This document shows positions 57,548 through 64,000 of a DNA stretch of 64,000 nucleotides, in pieces. Position 1 is the first letter of the stretch. Each line of letters begins with the position of its first letter. Source of the DNA: Sulfurospirillum sp. (GTDB lineage Bacteria; Campylobacterota; Campylobacteria; Campylobacterales; Sulfurospirillaceae); NCBI GenBank assembly GCA_045047115.1, contig JASFYR010000010.1:85457-149456 (forward strand). Reading direction: 5' to 3'. A program made the translations under genes and the position numbers. The notes under the pieces are model-generated. The model did no database searches, had not been told where the DNA came from, and saw nothing but the letters and a program-made list of their open reading frames with translations.

Positions 57548-58798
57548 ATGAATTTTGAAAATTTTAACACACTTTTAGTTCAAACAATCGGAAACAAAGT
57601 CGGTGCTACTGCTCCAGTTATAACTCCCTCAGCATCTTTTGGTTACAAAGATGCTTTGCAGGCAGAAAACATCTTTGCCGGAAGCGAAAACCTACCTTTG
57701 TATGCAAGAGTTGGCAATCCGACAAATACAAAGCTAGAGTCAATAGTCGCAAACATCGAAAATGGATTTGGCGCGATTGCAACATCTTCGGGTATGGGGG
57801 CAATTTCTATGGTCCTCAGTGCAATTTTAAGTACAAATGATGAAATCCTTTGCATAGGGGGATTTTTTGGAGGAACATATACTTTAGTAAATCAGACACT
57901 GAAAAGATTTGGTGTCAAAAACAGTTTTTGCCAAATTGATGATTTTTTACATATAGAGGATAAATTAAAATCAAATATAAAGCTGGTTTTACTTGAAAGC
58001 GTAGGAAATCCGGGGCTAAGACTGCCGGATATCAAAAAAATTGCAGATTTATGTAAAAAATATGAAACTATTTTAGCAGTGGACAACACAACCACACCTC
58101 TATTGGTTCAGCCATTGAATTTAGGAGCAGACATAGTTGTGCACTCTAGTACTAAAAATATGAGTGGACACAGTGCGGCACTCGGAGGAGTTGCCGTATT
58201 TAGAGAGGTAAACAGCAAGGATGATAAACTTCTAAACCCCAAATACAAAGATTTGCATGAGATAATTAAAAAAGCAGACAAAAGAGCCCTGATAGTAATT
58301 TGCAGAAAAAGAGCCCTTAGGGATATAGGAATGAGCGCAAATGCTTTTGGTTCATTTTTGACGCTTCTTGGGTTGGAAACACTTGGACTAAGAGTTGAAA
58401 GAGTAAATAAAAGTATTGGAAAAATTGTTAAAGCACTTGATGAAAAACTGCCCGGAGACATAGTTGTAAATCATCCGTCCTTACCAAAAAGTTTAGATTT
58501 TGACAATTACAACAAGTTCTTCAAAAATGGATGTGGTCCAATATTTACTCTTGATGCTAAAACCAAAAAGATAGCTTTCAAGCTTTTAGATAGTCTTGAG
58601 CTTGCCACACAAACTGCAAATATTGGAGACAATAGGACCTTAGCACTTCATATGAAAAGTACAATCTATAGAGATTTTGATGAAAAATCGAGAAAATTTC
58701 TAGGCATAACAGACGGGTTGATTCGGATATCTGTCGGACTTGAAAAGCCACAAGACATCATAGATGACTTATTGCAAGCTGTGGCAAAAGGATTGTGA
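57548..58798 (+). CDS. O-acetylhomoserine sulfhydrylase-like PLP enzyme (Cys/Met metabolism family)
   Basis: YARVGNPT, SSGMGA, HSSTKNMSGH, NIGD, LIRISVGLE. Confidence 0.9.
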   Translation: MNFENFNTLLVQTIGNKVGATAPVITPSASFGYKDALQAENIFAGSENLPLYARVGNPTNTKLESIVANIENGFGAIATSSGMGAISMVLSAILSTNDEILCIGGFFGGTYTLVNQTLKRFGVKNSFCQIDDFLHIEDKLKSNIKLVLLESVGNPGLRLPDIKKIADLCKKYETILAVDNTTTPLLVQPLNLGADIVVHSSTKNMSGHSAALGGVAVFREVNSKDDKLLNPKYKDLHEIIKKADKRALIVICRKRALRDIGMSANAFGSFLTLLGLETLGLRVERVNKSIGKIVKALDEKLPGDIVVNHPSLPKSLDFDNYNKFFKNGCGPIFTLDAKTKKIAFKLLDSLELATQTANIGDNRTLALHMKSTIYRDFDEKSRKFLGITDGLIRISVGLEKPQDIIDDLLQAVAKGL

Positions 58799-58903
58799 CA
58801 CACAGTCTTTTAGTTTTGCTTACCAACCTTACACACTTTTTTCTCACTACAAACTTCTTATTTGACATCTTTTACAAACATTAGACTTGTTGAGACAGAA
58901 CCG

Positions 58904-59380
58904 TTAAACCTTTCTCCAACCGTGCATCTTTTTTGCTGTAATAACCTCAATATCTTCATTTAAGTCTATACTGTTTAGTGCTACATAGTTTGTTTTTTCC
59001 AAAATTTCAAAAAACCTCTGCTTTTGCTCTTTTTTTATAAATACAAAGATATTTCCTGCATTTTTCATCACTCTGTATATCTTTTTAAAAATCACTTCAA
59101 TATCATCTCTCTCGCTTATATCCACACATAAAAAAAGAAAATCATAAAGAATAGAAAAATTATTGTATTTTGGCTGCTCAAAAGAGAAATTTTTGATTTT
59201 AATATCTTTATCACAAGAAGAATCTCGCTCTTTTAGTGCCTTTACATGTAGAGATGCTTCTACTTTTTGACAAAAAGTAGACAACTGCTTGACAAGTAAA
59301 TCTTGCGAATCCTCAATGATAGCTATATTTAGCCCTGGATATGGCGGTATAGTTTCAAACATCAATTCAAAATTTTTCAT
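58904..59380 (-). CDS. Hypothetical protein (methyltransferase-like fragment)
   Basis: YDFLF...IYRVMKNAG. Confidence 0.65.
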   Translation of the reverse strand: MKNFELMFETIPPYPGLNIAIIEDSQDLLVKQLSTFCQKVEASLHVKALKERDSSCDKDIKIKNFSFEQPKYNNFSILYDFLFLCVDISERDDIEVIFKKIYRVMKNAGNIFVFIKKEQKQRFFEILEKTNYVALNSIDLNEDIEVITAKKMHGWRKV

Positions 59381-59673
59381 ATTTCGTGTAACTCCCTAAA
59401 TCTATATGCTTCAACAACATCTTGTGCATATATTTGCAAAGGTGCTACCAAAACTTCAATTCCTTCATCTAAAAACTCTTCTATATCCTCATCAGAGCTC
59501 TTAACAATCACATAATCTACAAGATCTTCTATCTGTTTTCTATCATCAAAGAATGAACATTTTTTGATATATCCTTTGTCCATCTCCAAAACTATCCAGC
59601 ATGTTCTATCATCAAAAGAGACAATCTTTGCATTTTCATACTTTTTACTATCTGCAGGTATCAACAAAATCAT
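59377..59673 (-). CDS. Hypothetical protein (possibly NifX/NifB-like fold)
   Basis: Acidic 98-aa ORF starting MILLIPAD; overlaps the downstream gene. Confidence 0.6.
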   Translation of the reverse strand: MILLIPADSKKYENAKIVSFDDRTCWIVLEMDKGYIKKCSFFDDRKQIEDLVDYVIVKSSDEDIEEFLDEGIEVLVAPLQIYAQDVVEAYRFRELHEI

Positions 59674-59680
59674 AATTTTC

Positions 59681-60412
59681 CTAATCTAACCTTGAAAACT
59701 CTTTTGGTTCAGGGCTACTGAACTCATATCCTAGAAGTGAAATCTTATGAGCATGTAGCATTAGTCGCTTAAACTCTCTTCCCCCATAAAGTTCGTCGCC
59801 AACTATAGCAAAACCCAAACTCTTAAGATGTACTCTGATTTGATGTGTTCTGCCAGTCTCTATCACAACTTTAACTTTTGATTTTCTGCCTTCAACCATC
59901 AAAGGCTCTACATGCGTTATCGCCTCTTTTCCATTTTTGCTTACTTTGCTAAAAAAACTATTACCTTTTTTGATTGTGATGATAGGGTCATCTACATCTA
60001 TAGGCTCAACAACTTTTCCGCTAACTATAGCTATATACTCTTTATATACTCTCTTGTGTCTAAACTCTTCTATCGCTTTTTTGGCAAACTCTTCATCTTT
60101 TACCAAAAGCACAACCCCGCTTGTTCCCTTGTCAAGTCTATGCAAAAGCTTCGCATCAAACTTTTTCTCAACCTCATCAGAAGTTAAAGATGCCGGTTTA
60201 TCCACAGCTATAATTCTCTTATCTTCAAATATTACTCTTATCTTAGATAGCTTTTCCACTCTAAATTTAGAATCAGCATCTATCTCGCCTCTTGCAACTG
60301 CCACTTTTCTTCCTTTGCAAAAAACCAAACCTCTGTCTATCAAATCCTTAGCGGCTCTGTTTGAGATACCCTCTTGGAGCGCTAAAAGCTTATATGCTTT
60401 CTCTTTTATCAT
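59681..60412 (-). CDS. RluA-family pseudouridine synthase
   Basis: HRLDKGTSG, TGRTHQIRVH, GDELYG. Confidence 0.95.
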   Translation of the reverse strand: MIKEKAYKLLALQEGISNRAAKDLIDRGLVFCKGRKVAVARGEIDADSKFRVEKLSKIRVIFEDKRIIAVDKPASLTSDEVEKKFDAKLLHRLDKGTSGVVLLVKDEEFAKKAIEEFRHKRVYKEYIAIVSGKVVEPIDVDDPIITIKKGNSFFSKVSKNGKEAITHVEPLMVEGRKSKVKVVIETGRTHQIRVHLKSLGFAIVGDELYGGREFKRLMLHAHKISLLGYEFSSPEPKEFSRLD

Positions 60413-61560
60413 TTACTGTTTCCCTTTTTTATCTCTTCAATCAACTCTTTCATTTGATCTGATTGTTTAATCTTTGTCTTTTTAAGCTCTTTGAAATCTA
60501 GATTTTTTAACTCTTTTGCTTTGCATATCTCTATATTATCAACCAAAGAAAATAGAACTTTTTGATTAAATATATATGGTCCACTTACAATTTTCTTTTC
60601 AAAATACGCAGGTTCTAGTGGATTATGTCCGCCTATCCCATCTCTAAAAGAGCCACACAGTATCACTATATCACTGATTGCATACAAATTTACCAACTCA
60701 CCCATCCTGTCGCACAACACTATATCTTTGTCTAGATTTTCGCTCTCACTCAATCTGCCTAAACTCAAATTTTTAATTTTAGTGAACTTCTGCAAAAATT
60801 TTTGCACCTCTTTAAACCTCTCAGGATGCCTTGGCACTACCAACAGTAAATCGTCATTTTGTAACTCTAAATTCTCTAAAATCAGCTCTTCCTCACCCTC
60901 GTGAGTACTGGCAAGTATGACAACTCTTCTTTTTGGTTTTTTATAGGCTTTTGAGATTTTTGGTTTCATACCGACCTTTATATTTCCACCTATCCTCACA
61001 TCTTTGGCGCCAAGCTCCTTTAGGCGTTTTTTATCAATTTCACTCTGTGAAAAAACCACATCGATACTCGAAAAAATCCAACTATAAAACCAGGTAAATT
61101 TTTTGTATCCCTGGTAGGAATTATCTGAAATTCTAGCATTTACAAGTATAGTTTTGATACCTTTTGCTTTAGAAGCAAAAAAGAGCATAGGCCACAGTTC
61201 GGCTTCAGTAACAACCAAAACCTTATGCTTTGTTATCCAAAAAGGCAGAAATATCTCATAAGGCAGATATCTAACATCACAAACTCTGATCTCTTTTGCT
61301 TTCTCAAAACCGGTTTGGGTTGTCACACTTATGTCAATGTTATTTGATTTCAAACTCTTTAGTATAGGTTCAAGTGAAGTCACTTCTCCCAAAGAGCAAG
61401 CATGAAACCAGATATTTTTATTTTTAAATTTAGGATTATTTACTAAAAAAAATCGTGCGGGAATGGAGTGTTTATACTTTTTTTTAAAACCTAGATATAG
61501 AAGAATCGGTATCGCTATCAAATATATAAGCGATACCAACGCATAGTAAATTAAAGCCAA
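60409..61560 (-). CDS. waaA: Kdo transferase
   Basis: WFHACSLGE, STHEGEE, PRHPERF, GGHNPLEP. Confidence 0.96.
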   Translation of the reverse strand: MALIYYALVSLIYLIAIPILLYLGFKKKYKHSIPARFFLVNNPKFKNKNIWFHACSLGEVTSLEPILKSLKSNNIDISVTTQTGFEKAKEIRVCDVRYLPYEIFLPFWITKHKVLVVTEAELWPMLFFASKAKGIKTILVNARISDNSYQGYKKFTWFYSWIFSSIDVVFSQSEIDKKRLKELGAKDVRIGGNIKVGMKPKISKAYKKPKRRVVILASTHEGEEELILENLELQNDDLLLVVPRHPERFKEVQKFLQKFTKIKNLSLGRLSESENLDKDIVLCDRMGELVNLYAISDIVILCGSFRDGIGGHNPLEPAYFEKKIVSGPYIFNQKVLFSLVDNIEICKAKELKNLDFKELKKTKIKQSDQMKELIEEIKKGNSK

Positions 61561-61562
61561 TG

Positions 61563-62285
61563 CTACTCTTCATTATCCTGCTGTTTTTCTTTGTATAGTA
61601 TTCTACCGCAGTGTGGACAGGTAACTATATCCTCCTCTTTAACAACAGCAGAGTAAACCTTGTCATTGATTCTCATAAAACAGCCATAACATGCCTGTTT
61701 TCTAACAGGTACAACAGTCGTATTTCCGGCCCATTTTTTAATTTTTTCATAAAATGTCAAGATTTTTTGATCTATCTTAGATACTAAATTTTGCTTATGA
61801 TTATAAACATCTTCTTTCTCTTTTTCTATATCAGCCAACTCATCAGCGATAGAAACTCTGATTTCCTCAACCTCTTTTGAAGCAATTTCAAGTTTTTCTC
61901 TCTCTTCTTCTATGATTAGCTCTCTTGAATCAATAAATTTATCCAGTCTCAGTATCTCTTCATTTGCAAAATCACTCTGCTCTTTTGCAATCTCCTCTTC
62001 AAGTTGCAATGCTTTTGCTTCTCTTGCTGTTTTGACTATAGTTGCCTTTTTTATCAACTCTTTAAGTTTTTCGCTAAGCTCAGCAAGGTGCAACTCATTT
62101 TTACCTCTTTTGAGTTTTGCCTCTTTTATCTCCTCTTCATAGGTCTCTATCTCTTTTTTTATTCCGTTCTCTTTTTCCAAAGCTACATTTAAAGCTCTCT
62201 CAATACTCTCAACACGGGGTCCGAAACCATCTATACTCTTGTCTATCTCCGACAACTCAATCAACTGTTTTAAATACTTATTCAT
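61563..62285 (-). CDS. Coiled-coil C4 zinc-ribbon protein
   Basis: CYGCFM...CPHCGRILY. Confidence 0.92.
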   Translation of the reverse strand: MNKYLKQLIELSEIDKSIDGFGPRVESIERALNVALEKENGIKKEIETYEEEIKEAKLKRGKNELHLAELSEKLKELIKKATIVKTAREAKALQLEEEIAKEQSDFANEEILRLDKFIDSRELIIEEEREKLEIASKEVEEIRVSIADELADIEKEKEDVYNHKQNLVSKIDQKILTFYEKIKKWAGNTTVVPVRKQACYGCFMRINDKVYSAVVKEEDIVTCPHCGRILYKEKQQDNEE

Positions 62286-62315
62286 TTATTTTTTATCCTT
62301 ATTAACTAATCTTGG

Positions 62316-63038
62316 CTATTTATACTCAAATGGGTTTTTTGAATTTGACATTATAACCTTTAATGGAAAATTTTTCAAATGCCTACCCAAACACCTGCCA
62401 AAAAATCTCTCGCTCTCAAAGTGACCTATGTCCACAAGAGAGAGACCATTTTCTCTTGCTTCAAGTGCTTGATGATATTTAAAATCACCACTAAGAAAAC
62501 AATCAGCATCTATCTCGTTTATCAAATCTCCTCCGCTTCCCGTGGTAATCGCACAATCTTTTATCTGTTTTTTTGCTACCGTAACTCTCAAGTGCTCTAT
62601 TCCCAAATTTTTCTTTACATTCATGCAAATCTCATCCAATGAAGAGTTTGCTCTAAAATAACATACGAACTTATCGCTTGATATAATATCATACCCTAAA
62701 ATATCTGTTGCCACGTACCTATTGAGATGCGTCTTGTCGAAATTTGTATGCATAGCTATGAGTGAAATATTTTTTTTAATCATCTGGTAAATTAAATTTG
62801 CCGGATAAGATGAGTAGTCTATCTTCTTAAGTCCTTTAAATATAAGTGGATGATGTGCAATGATAAGTGAGTTTTCTTCCATATCTTCAATCAATTTGCT
62901 ATCAATATCGAGACTCAGATATATACTTCTTACATCCAAATCAAATTCACCAAGCAAAAGGCCACTATTGTCCCACTCTTCCTGTAGAGAAAACGGACTC
63001 AATTCATCCAAAAAATCATATACCTGTTTAACTTGCAT
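62316..63038 (-). CDS. Nif3-like dinuclear metal protein
   Basis: WDNSGL, HHPLIF, HTNFD, GHFESE. Confidence 0.95.
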   Translation of the reverse strand: MQVKQVYDFLDELSPFSLQEEWDNSGLLLGEFDLDVRSIYLSLDIDSKLIEDMEENSLIIAHHPLIFKGLKKIDYSSYPANLIYQMIKKNISLIAMHTNFDKTHLNRYVATDILGYDIISSDKFVCYFRANSSLDEICMNVKKNLGIEHLRVTVAKKQIKDCAITTGSGGDLINEIDADCFLSGDFKYHQALEARENGLSLVDIGHFESERFFGRCLGRHLKNFPLKVIMSNSKNPFEYK

Positions 63039-63900
63039 TCAAACCTTCTTTATATTCTAGCGCACAACCTTTTGCCAACTCTCTGATTTTAAGTATGTAA
63101 TTTTGTCTTTGTGTCACAGAGATAGCTTTTCTGGCATCTAAGACATTGAAAGTGTGAGACGCCAACAGGCAGTAGTCATAAGCAGGCAGAGGCAGATTTT
63201 TCTCCAAACATCTTTTGCACTCAATTCTTGCATTATCAAACTGCTCTTTCAGCATTTTTACATCTGCTACTTCAAAGTTGTATTTTGAGAATTCATACTC
63301 ACTTCTTTTATGAACATCGCCGTAAGTTGTGACACCATGAGAATTCTCATTCCATACCAAATCAAAAACAGAGTCTTTGTTTTGCAGATACATAGCCAAT
63401 CTCTCAACCCCATATGTAATCTCGACCGATACAGGATGGCAGGGTATGCCTCCTACTTGTTGAAAATATGTAAACTGAGTCACTTCCATACCATCGAGCC
63501 AAATCTCCCAACCAAGCCCCCAAGCCCCAAGTGTCGGAGACTCCCAGTTGTCTTCTATAAATCTTATATCATGTTTTCCAAGATCCAACCCTAAAGCCTC
63601 TAAACTTTTTAGATATAGCTCTTGGATATTCTCAGGGCTTGGTTTAATCAAAACCTGAAACTGATAGTAAGCTCCAAGTCTGTTTGGATTTTCACCATAT
63701 CTGCCATCAGTCGGTCTTCTGCTAGGTGCTACATAAGCTGTAGCCCACGGCTCATCTCCCAAGCTTCTTAAAAATGTAGCATTATGGAAAGTTCCCGCAC
63801 CAGCCGGAAAATCATAAGGTTGGACGATAGTACACCCCTCATCTTGCCAAAATGTCTGTAATTTCAATAACATTTCACTAAAAGTTAACAATTTTTTCAT
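63028..63900 (-). CDS. glyQ: Glycine--tRNA ligase alpha subunit
   Basis: [32 protein letters not shown]. Confidence 0.98.
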   Translation of the reverse strand: MKKLLTFSEMLLKLQTFWQDEGCTIVQPYDFPAGAGTFHNATFLRSLGDEPWATAYVAPSRRPTDGRYGENPNRLGAYYQFQVLIKPSPENIQELYLKSLEALGLDLGKHDIRFIEDNWESPTLGAWGLGWEIWLDGMEVTQFTYFQQVGGIPCHPVSVEITYGVERLAMYLQNKDSVFDLVWNENSHGVTTYGDVHKRSEYEFSKYNFEVADVKMLKEQFDNARIECKRCLEKNLPLPAYDYCLLASHTFNVLDARKAISVTQRQNYILKIRELAKGCALEYKEGLNAS

Positions 63901-64000
63901 CCTTTTTTATTTTGATTACGGTTTTTGAGCAAAGCCCAAAAAGCCTACGCTAACGCTGAGTTCTCTTCGGCAGAGTGCCCGGCGCGACGAGGTCGCTTTT

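Noticed and set aside
63901..64000. T-box riboswitch upstream of glyQ
   Set aside because: No T-box consensus or terminator/antiterminator recognisable in the visible 100 nt
1..64000. tRNA, rRNA, integrase, transposase or prophage genes
   Set aside because: None recognised in the window

Overview
AT-rich bacterial chromosome segment, most likely Campylobacterota (Sulfurospirillum/Sulfurimonas/Nitratiruptor-like; inferred from a c-type NosZ, TTGA-N6-TCAA boxes and glyQ-waaA-ffh-rplS synteny). About 4-44.5 kb is a denitrification island. It holds a clade II nos cluster (cNosZ, nosB-D-G-C1-C2-H-F-L-Y) with five NosL-family genes, and nirS with heme d1 biosynthesis genes (no nirN seen). It also holds cNOR (norCB) flanked by small membrane proteins, a divergent heme-copper enzyme with an Asp-for-His active site and CuA-less subunit II (gNOR-like), a cytochrome P460-like lipoprotein and an uncharacterised 4-gene operon. 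Six promoters carry a TTGA-N6-TCAA box exactly 22 nt upstream of a -10 hexamer, which defines one regulon that includes the gNOR-like enzyme and the uncharacterised genes. Flanks: TonB system and three Hsp20 genes on the left; a structured MITE-like element, a citrate lyase operon and housekeeping genes (rplS...ffh, waaA, glyQ) on the right. All calls are by-eye motif recognition; no database searches were run.
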